From Octopus bimaculoides (taxonomy: Eukaryota), in contig NC_068982.1 of NCBI RefSeq assembly GCF_001194135.2, positions 100,152,675-100,201,538 on the forward strand: a stretch of 48,864 bases of DNA. The letters run 5' to 3'. Below are positions 22,335 through 34,335 of this stretch, piece after piece (the first letter of the stretch is position 1; the number at the start of each line of letters is the position of its first letter). The notes below the pieces were generated by a model. That model was not told the origin of the DNA. It did no database searches and saw only the letters and a list, made by a program, of their open reading frames with translations. Made by a program: the position numbers and the translations under genes.

Positions 22335-22606
22335 TATTTTTTCATTTATGCGCCCTTTTAAAGCCTAGCCAGGCTCTTGGGCCCAGTTTCTATGGCGTAT
22401 GTATTCCCCCCCACCCCACCCCAGCTGGAAGAGACGCCAGTCCATTGCAGCATTACTCAAGAAACAGGAAGAAAGAGTGAGAGAAAGTTGGGGTGAAGCT
22501 TTAGGTGTTTCCGCTCAATGAATACACACAACACCTGGTCTGAGAATCGAAATTGCGATCCTCCGACTGCGAGTCCGCTGCCCTAACCACTGGGCCATTG
22601 CGCCTC
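22335..22606 (-). mobile_element. SINE family B variant (tRNA-Arg-like head, internal deletion, different 3' end)
   Basis: Head gaggcgcaatggcccagtggttagggcagcggactcgcagtc on the minus strand. Confidence 0.75.
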
Positions 22607-22769
22607 TTGCATTGACATGAGGGAATTCACTGAGGCAAGATACTTTTCTTGTCACCAGCTCTCACCTGTTTCCAAGCAAGGTAATATTTTCCCATAGCTG
22701 GGCATATTTTCACAGAAGATACAAAACAAATGACACATTTGTTTACATCTCTTGCGCAATGTCAAAACA

Positions 22770-23045
22770 ATGAAACAAGCACAGTCACATACATACACAC
22801 ATGATGACAGACTTAGTTCAGTTTTCACGTACCAAATCTACTTGCACCACTACTTGATAACTAGTGTTGGTGTGTTTATGCCCCCCATAACATAGCTGTT
22901 TGGCAAAAAGAGATCAATAGAATATAAGTACCAGGATTTAAAAAAAAAAAAAGAAGTACTATGGTCAATTAATTCAACTAAAAAAATTCAAGGCAGTGCC
23001 CCAGCATGGCTACAGTCTAATGACTGAAACAAGTAAAATATAAAA
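22770..23045 (+). mobile_element. SINE family C fragments
   Basis: gttggtgtgtttatgccccccataac...gtgccccagcatggctacagtctaatgactgaaacaagtaaaa. Confidence 0.6.
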
Positions 23046-23368
23046 GATATATTAAGACTATGAAGGAAACAGTTTTTAAGCTGATTACAGCAATAGTGGG
23101 GACAATGATGGAGATGATGACAATAATGGTGATAATGATGATGATGAATTACGCCCAAACAACTCTTACCAACTTCAGAGATTAATTATTAAACCACTGA
23201 AAAATTAATATTCCCGATAAGATCCTGTGTATTATATCCATCCAAATCATATCAGCATAGGAAACGTTTGTTAAACTGATAACAACAATGGAACCAATGA
23301 CTGAGATGACTGATAGTTGATGATCACATTAAACATTAACTTCAAGAAATATTAGAAAGTTCCCTTAA

Positions 23369-23646
23369 CCCATTACCTACCAGTGATCTCATATGAGATC
23401 ACTTAAAAATTACAAATTTCGTAATTATCTGTCAATATTTACACATATCTAACCTTTTTGCTATATCTACTAGGTATATTTCTCTGATATTCAAATGAGG
23501 TTTGCTCATTTTTCACCCAATATCTCGCTTATTTCTATTTAAAATGTTATTTTGATCATTCCAGCGTGTTTCTAAGACTGTTTTATGCTAGAAATCAAAG
23601 TTTCATTAAAAAAATTCCAGTTAATAGAATTATGGGACGTAATGGG
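23369..23646. mobile_element. TTAA-flanked MITE (piggyBac-like), 278 bp
   Basis: TTAA-cccattac ... gtaatggg-TTAA, with a perfect 20-bp palindrome gtgatctcatatgagatcac at 23383-23402. Confidence 0.7.
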
Positions 23647-24019
23647 TTAATAAATTTCCATTACAATATCTTTATCATGAGTGAATGATATTTAACATGA
23701 TAATCAAGCAAATTGAGCAAAAAATTCATAATGTAAAAATTAATTACCAAAAGCTTAATATATATTGTAGTTTCTAAACAAAGCATTAAAGATGTTTTGC
23801 TTAGGATTCAGTGGAATTCAGTGAAAATACATGAAGTTGATCACTTAAATAAAGAGATAAGCACTTAACTCTTTAACATTATAAGCACTTAACTCTTTAG
23901 CACAACTTAATCATTTTTGTTTTATTTTTATTTTTTATCCAAAGTAAGGTTACTTAAATGTTTGCAGAAAAGCAAATGGAAATTTACTTGTTGTTGCTGT
24001 TGTTACTATTATTATGACT

Positions 24020-24240
24020 AAGGCAATGGAGCTGGCAGAATTGTTTAGCAAGTTGAACAAAATGCTTAGAAGTATTTCATCTGCCTTTACATTCTGAGTT
24101 CAAATTCTGCTGAGTTGACTTTGCCTTTCATCCTTTCGGGATTGATCAATTAAATACCAGTGAAACACTAGGGTCAATGAAATCGACTAGTTCCCTCATC
24201 CTAAATTTCAGGCCTTGTGCCTTTAGTAAAAAGGATTATT
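24020..24240 (+). mobile_element. SINE family A, older copy
   Basis: aaggcaatggagctggcagaa...gactttgcctttcatcctttcggg, (ATT)n tail. Confidence 0.75.
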
Positions 24241-24644
24241 ATTATTATTAGTTATTATTATCATTACCAATAATATTAATACGCTAACTTTTTGTTTTTG
24301 TACGTACCTGCTGTGTGCGTCACACTTACTTCAAAGGAGTGGCAAAGCAAGAGAGAGGAGGACAGAGAGGAAGTAAGGGAGAGAGTGAGAGAGAAAGAGA
24401 GAGAGTGAAAGAGACAGTGAGTGGTGACGGCATTCATCACAAGAGAAGTAGATACATAGATACATATACACATTGTTAAATCAAAAGCAGGAGAGAAGAG
24501 GGACACAAATGAAGTGAAAGAGAAAGAGAAAATGTGAGAGAGACAGCAAATACATAAATCCAAAGAAAATTTCATACATAGATACATACACACAGCAAAT
24601 ATTGGATGTTGATTTCACTTTTCATTACCACATGATGATAAAAT

Positions 24645-24760
24645 TAACTCACAAGTGGCTGAGCACTCCACAGACATGCATAACATTAACGTAGTTCTCA
24701 GGGAGATTCAGCCTCACAGAATATGACGAGGCTGGCTCCTTTGAATTACAGCTACAACTC
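24645..24760 (-). mobile_element. SINE family B internal fragment
   Basis: caagtggctgagcactccacagac...aacgtagttctcagggagattcag matches 3127-3230. Confidence 0.65.
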
Positions 24761-25080
24761 GAGACATATATATTTGAATGTATTTGTGTGTATGTATAGT
24801 TTTGGTTACTTAAAACATGTTTGCAATAATAAGTGTCACGTGGTGGAAATAAACGCAATTACCAAACTTTCATTCATAAATCCATTTATTATTTCATTCT
24901 TTTGTATTTCAATTTGTACATTAAGGTTCTTCGAATATGTCCCATGTACTTTAAGGTTAAATAGTAATTCCATTTACATTTGTGTAAGTGAGATATTTTG
25001 GTTGGATTATATAGTCATTGGTGTTACTTTCTATATTCTGTAACTATCACAATATACTTTTCTAGGCCTGAGGTGAACAA

Positions 25081-25300
25081 GAGTGAGCTGGCAGAATCAT
25101 TAGCACACCAGGGAAAATGCTTAGCGGCATTTTGTCCATCCTTACATTCTGAGTTCAAATTCTGCTGAGATCAACTTTGCCTTTCATCCTTTCAGGGTCA
25201 ATAAATTAAGTACCAGTTGAGTACTGGGGTCAATGTAATTGACTTAACCCCTCCCAAAAAATTTCAGGCTTTGTGCCTATAACAGAAAGGATTATTATAA
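25081..25300 (+). mobile_element. SINE family A
   Basis: gagtgagctggcagaatcattagcac...ctttgcctttcatcctttcagggtcaataaattaagtaccag. Confidence 0.8.
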
Positions 25301-25406
25301 TTATCTTTATCTTTTGTCCAACCAAAGTCAGTAAAATATAAAGCTGTGACCAACGCAAATGAGATTACACACTCTGCTTTGGAAGTCAGCCTTGCTCTTA
25401 GGTAGA

Positions 25407-25408
<2 letters not shown>

Positions 25409-25449
<41 letters not shown>

Positions 25450-25665
25450 GATAATGATTTAAATTTTTTGCACTGGGCCAGTTATTTTGAAGGATGAGGG
25501 AAGTCGATTACATTGGCCCCAGTATTCAACTGGTACTCATTTTATTGACCCTGAAAGGATGAAAGGCAAAGCTGACTTCAGTGGAATTTGAACTCAGAAT
25601 GTAAAGACAGACATAATGCCACTAAGCATTTCATCTGGTGTGCTGATGTTTCTGCCTACTCACTG
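25409..25665 (-). mobile_element. SINE family A with (AAT)n tail, inverted relative to the 25081 copy
   Basis: ctggtactcattttattgaccctgaaaggatgaaaggcaaag is the reverse complement of the family-A core. Confidence 0.75.
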
Positions 25666-26530
25666 TCTTAAATTACAGTCTAGTGGATGTTACAGATACT
25701 GAAGAAGACACAGCACTGAAACAGACAAACCTACACTTGCATGGTATAAAACAGTTATAAAAATCATACACACACATGTCACTTATGTTGTCAATTTAAT
25801 TTTATTTATTAATAAGAAATATTTTTCAAAATGAAAATCAAAGTACCTAATATTAATTGCTTTATTTTCAAGGAACTGAGAAATGGAGATACAATGTTTT
25901 TCAGTTGTTTAAAAAAAAACAAAGGCTGTTTTCTGTGCTGATATTAATTTCAGAGGAGTTAATAAATCATGTTAGTAATTGTTATTTCTATTACATACTT
26001 GTGATTTATGTCCCAGTATATATATAAATATATATACATATAAGCTTTGAGATACAAAGTGGGGAGGACAATAGACTCTTGAAGCATAATAAGTATCTGT
26101 TGTACTAAAGCATTTTTTCTTCATAAATTCACATTTTTCTATCCCTATATGACAATAGGAAAGAACTAAATGAGTTTATCACAAAGTACAGAAATACCAA
26201 AGAGTAAGGCAGAATTTTTGACACAGAAACATTTTATCTGCAAATGATTGTGTGAGTTGGATAATTACGTAAAAATAATTTCTCTTACATCATGATGCTC
26301 ATAACTTTGTAGCCTTCAAAAACAATGAGGGTTTCATAGAAGAACCTCAATATGACATATAAGCAACCCTGACACAGTTCACCAATTCATTTGTGAACAA
26401 TAGTATCGCTGGTTACAATTTTCCAACAGGACCATCATTATTCTCTGCATTTCTCACAGTGAGAACAGTAAAAAAGTGTCAATATTTTCCATTAATGTCT
26501 TATCCTTTGCTTACATACATCAGCAAAGGA

Positions 26531-26586
<56 letters not shown>

Positions 26587-27039
26587 AAAGACACCACTGT
26601 GTTAGAGCTTAATTGTAACAAAAACACAAACCAACACACAGATCCAACTTTTCCGTTGCTGATGTCATTTAACCCTAAGTTATCTCTGACTGAGTAGATC
26701 CAAGGTCAAAGACATTAATTATAGCTTCAACCACCTCAACGATCTAAGATTACAGTGTCCAATGTTTCCTTCCTGTTTTAAGATAGTAAGGTGTGATTTT
26801 AGATCTGATGGAGTTGGACAGCTATTTCTTGCAGATAAGCATTCACATAGAAATTCTTGCATTATGTCATAAATGTTGTAGACAGAAGAATGGATAAAGA
26901 ATGGGATAACATCACTATCATCTTCATTTCAGATGTGATAACAAAGGACTGAGATACCAGGCACCATGCTGCACTCAAGAAGACCCGTCCTCCACAGCAG
27001 AAGTGTTAAGGCCGCTCCCACTACTGAAGAGAATTGGCC

Positions 27040-27470
27040 TGCAAGAGTCTGTGCTGGTGTTGCATAATAAGTACTCGTGCCAGTGTCACGTAAAAGCATT
27101 CACACCGGTGTCACATTAAAAGCACCCAGCACACATTGTAAAGTGGTTGGCATTAGAAAGGGCTTCCAGATGTAGAAACCAACCCAAACCAGACTGGAAC
27201 CTGGTGCAGCTCTCCAGCTCTCTTGCTTGCCAACTCTGGTCAAACTGTCCAACCTATACCAGCATGGAAAACAGAGATTAAACGATGACGATGATGATGA
27301 TGATTATTATCATCATCATTTTAATGTCCACTTTTTCATGCTTGCTGAGTCAGTCAGAATTCAATGAAGCAGATTTTCTACAACTAGATACCCACACTGT
27401 GGAAAATCTGTCAAAATAAATTACATCCGACCCCTGTAAACATGGAAAAGTGGACATAATGATGATGATG
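27040..27470. mobile_element. Tail-to-tail pair of family-D-type elements sharing a (GAT)n/(CAT)n centre
   Basis: Plus copy 27040-27300 ends agcatggaaaacagagattaaacgatgacgatgatg. Minus copy begins catcatcattttaatgtccactttttcatgcttg. Confidence 0.6.
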
Positions 27471-27894
27471 TTAGCTTGTTCTTTGTCTATTCTTCTCTAT
27501 GTATAACATCCACAACATCTGTAATTAGTGAATTTCAATATGTTAGGATGAACATATTGAAATTCCCTTGCTGCAGCATAAAAGAAAATCTTAAATAATA
27601 TTTGTGCATTGTGTAAACCTGTGTATGTCGTTTCCATGATTCCTATTAATCAGTGATGTGATATTGGATCAAAGATCACGGGCGACTTTAGGAAAACCAA
27701 TTATGTTTTTATTATGCATCAGCATCTACAACCACAACATTTCGGCTTGTAAAACTAAATGAATCTCCATCAGTTTTGATGATGAATATTCAATTATTCA
27801 ATTAAATGAACTACCTGGTCATTGAATTTATATCTAAGTGGCTGAACACAGACATGCATGTGTACCCATAACATAATTCTCCAGTGGAATCAGA

Positions 27895-28310
27895 GGCCCG
27901 GCATGACTATGTAGTTAAGAAGTTTGCTTCCTAGTCTTGAGTTTGGTTCTACAGTGTGGCACCTTGGGCAAGTGTCTTCTGCTATGGCTCTCAGCTAACC
28001 AAAATCTAGTGAGATGGACACTGAAAGAAGTCAGTTACATGTAGATAGAAACTGAAAGAAGCCCATCGTATGTGTGTGTGTGTGTGTATTTATGTTTCTG
28101 TGATTTCCCCCACCACCACTACCACCACCATTGCTTGACAACTGATGTTGGTGTGTTTACATCCCTGTAATGTAGCAGTTTGGCAAAAGAGACCAATAGA
28201 ATAAGTACTAGGCTTGCAAAGAATAAGTCCTGGGGTCGATCTGGCTGACTAAAGATGGTGCTCCAGCATGGCTGCAGAGCAATGACTGAAATAAGTGAAA
28301 AAAAATACAT
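27895..28310 (+). mobile_element. SINE family C, near full length
   Basis: CORE-like gtggcaccttgggcaagtgtcttct, (TG)n, then the family-C 3' body. Confidence 0.8.
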
Positions 28311-28819
28311 ATATGTATGTATGCGTATGTGTGTTTGTGTGTGTATGTATATGTGTGTGAGCATGTGTGTATATGTGATGTGTGCTTCTGTGTGTGTGTA
28401 TGCATTTGTGTGTACCCTGGTCTAGACATCATGTGATGGTTGTAAAGGAGCATCGACATCATCATACAAACAAGGTTGTTTCCAGTCTTCCATGTAAAAC
28501 ATGTCTAACTAGGGGAAAATATTACCTCGCTTGGAAACAGGTGAGAGTTGTGGCAACAGAAAGTCATTCGCCCTCAGAAAATGTCGCAACAAATTCCGTC
28601 AGACCTATGAAAGTATGGAAAAGTGGACATGAAATGGTTATGATGATGATGATGATGATGAATAAGCATAACACAGTGTAAGGCTGACCATGGAAGTTCT
28701 AGGGACAATCCATCTGTTGGGCTATAGTAAAAGTACGGTTGAAATTTGGACATCCATGAGTGCAAAGTGAATTTCTTAACCACCTGGCCAACACACATTA
28801 CTGAAAGACCTTGTTGCAT

Positions 28820-29135
28820 GCAATCAAGCCTTATACATAGCACTTATGGAAACACACCTGAAGCCAGATATAGTAAATGTAGAAATAAATACACATACCT
28901 CAGTATGCTGTATTAAGGACCAAGAGAAAAGAAAGGAGTCACAGAGGAGTTGCTACATACATCCGCGAAGACCTCACACCTCAAGTCCTTTTGTCACACT
29001 TAAATTCAGTATGTAACACACTAATTGTACATATGAGACAACTCGATGTAGTTATATGTACTACATATCACCCTCCAGATGCTCCGAATCAGGCAAACAA
29101 GTTCGAAGACTACCTTACCGAAATAAAAGAATTCT
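28820..29135 (+). pseudogene. LINE (CR1/L2-like) apurinic endonuclease fragment
   Basis: ALMETHLKPDIVNVEI and HIPQYAVLRTKRKERSHRGVATYIREDL...VVICTTYHPPD...KFEDYL (APE motifs ETHL, GGVA.Y, YRPP). Confidence 0.65.
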
Positions 29136-29186
29136 AATTGCATTAGAACAACACATAGGTGTTTCTATTATTTTGTCCAAACCCTG
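29136..29186 (-). mobile_element. Tc1-like terminal inverted repeat remnant
   Basis: Minus strand TA-cagggtttggacaaaataatagaaacacc. No partner TIR seen. Confidence 0.45.
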
Positions 29187-29199
29187 TATATATATATAC

Positions 29200-29552
29200 A
29201 TATATTTGTTGTGTCTGTGTTTGTCCCACGCTCCCAACATCACTTGACAACTGATGTTGGTGTGTTTACGTCCCCATAACTTAGCAGTTTAGCCAAAGAG
29301 ACCGATAGAATAAGTACAAGGCTTACAAAGAATAAGTCTTGGGGTCGATTTGTTCAACTAAAGGCAGTGCTCCAGCATGGCCGCAGTCAAATGACTGAAA
29401 CAAGTAAAAGAATAAAAGAATATATTTATACATATGGCAAGCTGGAAGGCTAAATCAGACTGGAGTTTGGTGCAGCCTTCCAACTTGCCAGCCCTGGCCA
29501 AACCGTCCAACCCATGCCAGCATGGACAACAGACATGAAATGACGATGATGT

Positions 29553-29553
<1 letters not shown>
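29200..29553 (+). mobile_element. SINE family C 3' half followed by SINE family D 3' end and (TA)n
   Basis: Family-C body at 29200-29420; gtccaacccatgccagcatggacaacagacatgaaatgacgatgatg at 29500-29553. Confidence 0.75.
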
Positions 29554-29643
<90 letters not shown>

Positions 29644-30764
29644 TATAATCCACACAATTTGTTTATCAAAATTATTCACAAGGTATTGAGTCAGCCTGAC
29701 ACTACAGTAAAAGTCACTTGCTCAATGTGGATGCAAGCTTCTTAACTACACAGCTATGATTTCAAATATAATATAAACCCCAACATGCAGTACCTAGAAA
29801 CTAGTAATATATTTTAACCCTTATCTTCCCTAATCACCTACATTCTGTACCTAAAACCCAGTGACATATTTTATCTTATCTTTTCAACACTTCAGTATAA
29901 TTCTAACACCCAACCACCCACCACCAATTCTGATGCTGATGATTTGTATTAAATTCCTCACATTATATATATATGTGTGTGTAGTAAATAAGGTATCTGA
30001 TGCTTTTCTATAGACCTTCCAGTGTATTTTTATCGGCAGCATAACTGAAAGGTAAACAATTATGTATCAAATATGATGCATATATGTATGATATGTAAAT
30101 ATGATACAAATATGTATCATGAGTGGAGAATGTAATGCAGCAATGAACACAAGTGAGTATCAGCATCATCATAACAACAACAACAACAACAACAACAACA
30201 TCTACTTTTCTATGGTTGCATGAGTTGGACAGAACTTGTTGAGGTTGATTTTTTTCTACAGCTGGATGCCCTTCCTGTTACCAACCTTTGCCTGTTTCCA
30301 AGCAAGGTAATATTTCCCTTAAACCAGAGACATGTTTTACAGAAGACTGGATATGGAGGATACTGTTTATATGACAGGGGCACACATCAACAACGATCAT
30401 GTGAAATCAAGGCAAGGAGACAGTAACACACATGTACAGACATATATATGGAAAACGGATTTAAAATGATGATGATGTACAGACAGATATAATATATATA
30501 TTTATATATATATATATATATATACATATATATACACAACTAATAATGGGGAATTACCAATGCTTTGTAAGCTCTCTGTCGGCACACCAGGCTAACAATA
30601 CTATTCAGATTAGTGAACTCCAGATAATCATGGCAGGATCCAAGGTTATGGTTCATCACAATTCTATATTGTAAATCTGTGGATGGGCTCCAGAAAAACT
30701 GGTTTTTACACAGAGAGATATATAAGGAACAAGTTAAAAATAATGGTCATTACATATTTTTCAT

Positions 30765-31035
30765 TTATTGGAGCAAATCTGGCTTATAGCTGTTTCCAGT
30801 AGTCATTGTAGGTACATTACTGATAATTTCACTCAATTGTTCTATTGATCAACTGAGGAAAATTGAATGACCTAAGAAAATTAATGCTACTTTCATCAGT
30901 CATTTCTGAAGTGACTCTGATGAAAGTAGTATAAGTTTTCTGAGGTCATTCAATGTTCCTCAATTGAGTAAAATTATCAGTAATGTACCTATAAAGACTA
31001 TTGGAAACAGCTGTAAGCCAAATTTGCTCCAATAA
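30765..31035. mobile_element. Near-perfect ~270-bp foldback element (hairpin MITE)
   Basis: The left arm ttattggagcaaatctggcttatagctgtttccagtagtc... is the reverse complement of the right arm ...gactattggaaacagctgtaagccaaatttgctccaataa all the way to a 3-nt loop near 30907. There is one ~16-nt unpaired insertion. Confidence 0.85.
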
Positions 31036-31175
31036 GAAAATATATATATATATATATATATATATAAGAGAAAGAAAATGAAAATTCAAAAGACTCTTTA
31101 TCCATTATGATTGTTTTGACCCATTGTGCACTGATACCTTGCAGGTGAGCTGCTGTACAAACAACTGTGGTTGTT

Positions 31176-31207
<32 letters not shown>

Positions 31208-31455
31208 ATATAAATAATATAGATATATGAATATATCCATACATGTATGTACATACCTACATCTATATGTATACATACATGCATATATGGGTACAGGACA
31301 TCACAAAAAAAAAAAACGCTAAACACTGAGAAACGAAAACATAAAAATGAAAACAGAAAACGAACTCTTTTTCAAACAGCGAAACGAGACATGCAACATA
31401 AAGAGTATATCCCTTCGTCAGTTGTCCCTGTTCCATCTACTCTGCATTTCGAAGG

Positions 31456-31489
<34 letters not shown>

Positions 31490-33214
31490 TATAATAATTC
31501 TGCTTGTCATTGCATTACTTAGCCCATTGATAACACTTTCATGCGATTAGAGAGAAAGAAAAGAAGGAGAGAGAAAAAGAGGGAGGGAGAAAAGGAGGAA
31601 AAGAGAAGCATCCAGGACGTGAAGTAGAGGGAATGTAATTGTAACGCTTTCACATGATTAGTTGAAGGTAGAGGAGGAGAGTTAAAAATATGAATTTAGT
31701 AGAGGGGTGATATTCTGATGAAGTTAAAGGCAGAGAGAGGGAGAGAGAGGTGGTGGTGGTGGTGATTTGACAGTGAAAAGTGTATTTTTTTAAAATTGAA
31801 CTAAATTTTTTATATCACCTATCACATGCGCATAAGTGCAATTCTGTGAAATATTCATGCTTATTTACATGGCAGATACATGCAATTTAACTAAAGGTTG
31901 TAACACATGTACAGGATAATATTTTTTTGTTTCTGGGGAAAATGGGAAAATAAGAGTAAATATCTATTTTATGAATGCTCTGTATTAAGTCTATAAAAGT
32001 GTGCATAAAGTATATAAAGTGTATATATATATATATAAAGTGCATTAATTAATCATCGTATTCCAATTTCTTTCACTTTTCAATAAGCAGCAGATGAGCA
32101 ACTATCAAACACAACACAGGCTATGCTTTCAGGTTTTTTGGATAAAGTTTTCAGAAATAAACCAATAGGTTTACCATTTATTCCGTGAAATATTCATGGG
32201 TCTCACTAGCATGTATAAACACACTCACACAGACTCTTTTTGTTTCCATCTATCAAATCCATTCACAAAGGTTTTGTTAGTTATAACAGAAGACTCCTGC
32301 ACAAAGATAAAAATCTGCCATCTTCAGATGATTATAAACTAACAGAGTAGCAAGGTAGAAAATTTAAGTTGACTAGCTCACCACATCACATAGTAAATTT
32401 TCCACCTTAGTATACTGTTTAAAATCACCTGAAAATGGCAGATTTTTGTCATGATGTAATCAAAGAATTCTTCAATAAAATGCTGCTAAAACAGCTGTTG
32501 TGAATTTTAAACCCAGTTTGTGTTCTTTTATACACACACTCACTCACACACACACACACACACACACACATGCTGGACATGAACTCTTCCATTGGTTTTG
32601 ACATATGAGAATCTGGCAATCTACACTTTCTTTGTCAGTCATAATGCTTATGTTGAATGTGAAACAGGAAGAGGGTATTTAGCTATAAAATGCTGTTTCA
32701 ATAACTCTCATACAATCCATGCCAATAAGCAGACATAAAATGATAATGATGAGAAACATTGATATGATAAAATGGTTGCACGCTTTCCATTTATTTGTAT
32801 GTGGTTATGTATACATCAAGAGGGGATTAATTCCAGATAGAGTTGAACTTTTCAGTTGAATGAAACCTGTAATGTCACATCATGACAATAAGTAGGAGAG
32901 TCCCTTAACCTATAGCAGTTAAATTATTCATTTTGTTTGAACATTTTATATAGAACTTTCAGTTACACAATATATTTTATCCATTATTTAAATGTTCTTT
33001 GTCAAGTTATTTATTGTTGTATGTTGGTGAATTATTTATATAACATTATATTACACCTAATTCCCTAATTGATAAGTCCATGTGTACTGCCCCTCTTTTC
33101 AGAGAAAACAAAATGTAGATGCATGAATAAATAAATCTCTTTCAAATTATATAAAATAAAAGATGGAAATTAGAGAGCTATTGTCTACAAAATTTTATCT
33201 ACATATGAATTTAC

Positions 33215-33414
33215 CCCACTTCTAAGCAATAGTCTCTGGTCATATAATTTTCTTGTCTATTATAATTCCATTCATATTGAAAATACTTCACAGAAATATT
33301 AAATTGACCATTTTGATTAGTGCTCGAATGATTCTTCCAAACCATCACCTCAATGGATTTATTTGATGATTGATATACTGAGCTAATAATATATACTTCA
33401 GCAGATGAAAACAG
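33215..33414 (-). CDS. Candidate coding exon (200 nt) of an unidentified host gene
   Basis: Strong polypyrimidine tract + AG. Open frame LFSSAEVYIISSVYQSSNKSIEVMVWKNHSSTNQNGQFNISVKYFQYEWNYNRQENYMTRDYCLEVG, ending at donor GG|GTAAAT (or at TAA if terminal). Confidence 0.5.
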
Positions 33415-33499
33415 CTTTATAACACAAAAAAAAAAAGAGAGAGAGAAAGAAAAAGAAAAGAAAAAAGCTGAATCAAATGATTGCTTTTGTTAATATTAT

Positions 33500-33900
33500 C
33501 CTTGTTTGCTGAGGGTGGTGGATTAGCAGAATGGTTAGAGCAAGGCGGCGAGCTGGCAGAATCATTAGCACGCCGGGCGAAGTGCTTACCGGTATTTCGT
33601 CTGCCATTACATTCTGGGTTCAAATTCCACCGAGGTCAACTTTGTCTTTCGTCCTTTCGGGGTCGATAAATTAAGTACCAGTTACGCACTGGGGTTGATC
33701 TAACCGACTTAATCCATTTGTCTGTCCTTGTTTGTCCCCTCTATGTTTAGCCCCTTGTGGGCAGTAAAGAAATAAGAATGGTTAGAGCAACAGACAAATG
33801 TCTTGTGGTATTTATTTCAGCTGTATTTCCTCTAAGTTCAAGCCTTGCCCAAAGTCAGTCTTACTTTTCACCTCTCCGGGTTTGATAAAATAATGTATTG
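33500..33900 (+). mobile_element. Young family-A SINE (33544-33774) nested in an old family-A SINE
   Basis: 16-bp TSD agaatggttagagcaa at 33528-33543 and 33775-33790. The flanks read as the 5' and 3' halves of a degenerate family-A copy. Confidence 0.85.
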
Positions 33901-34128
33901 CTCCATCTGGGACTATAATAGTAGATGTGGAAAACCTGATGCAGTGGGAGCAAAGCTAAGATCATGTGGTTGTGACCACACAACAATGCCTACACCTACA
34001 TACATAAGTTTCAGAACTCATTTGTAACCCTATTTAACTTTTCCTAAATCGCTACCATTCATTGTCACTTTTCATCAGCAACAATGACTAGAACTACTGC
34101 TAAGCAAAACAAGAGCAAGAACACTCAC

Positions 34129-34219
34129 AGTCTGAATGTAGCACATTGTAAAGGATTTTACACTTATCATTGTTTTTGCAGAAAAACCTATTATTGTCAG
34201 AGCTAATTCATGCCAGCCA
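34129..34219 (-). CDS. Candidate coding exon (91 nt)
   Basis: ttattgttccag|T GGC...ACT|GTGAGT; encodes GWHELALTIIGFSAKTMISVKSFTMCYIQT. Its phase-0 end is compatible with the 33414 exon. Confidence 0.4.
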
Positions 34220-34335
34220 CTGGAACAATAATTAAAAGCTTTATTATTATTAAATATTATTACTATTCTAAGATAACAACATGATTGTAAATATGACAAG
34301 AGCTGTAATGAAGTGGTGGTGGTGAATGCTTAGAC

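Noticed and set aside
23858-23905. Direct duplication ataagcacttaactcttta
   Set aside because: An ordinary local tandem duplication in AT-rich DNA.
25695-25730. CTGAAGA...GAAAC hammerhead-like string
   Set aside because: Stem II is only 2 bp and the triplet is GAC; likely chance.
26288-26368. Minus-strand segment GCLYVILRFFYETLIVFEGYKVMSIM ending at GTAAGA
   Set aside because: Weak acceptor, and it cannot be linked in phase to other candidates.
26930-27120. 60-codon plus frame after ttcatttcag
   Set aside because: It runs into a SINE, has no donor and no recognisable homology.
32382-32428. 47-nt minus-strand exon candidate (G)DFKQYTKVENLLCDV with cag| and |GTGAGC
   Set aside because: Good borders, but the phase-1 start does not fit the phase-2 end of the 33215 exon, and I found no bridging exon.
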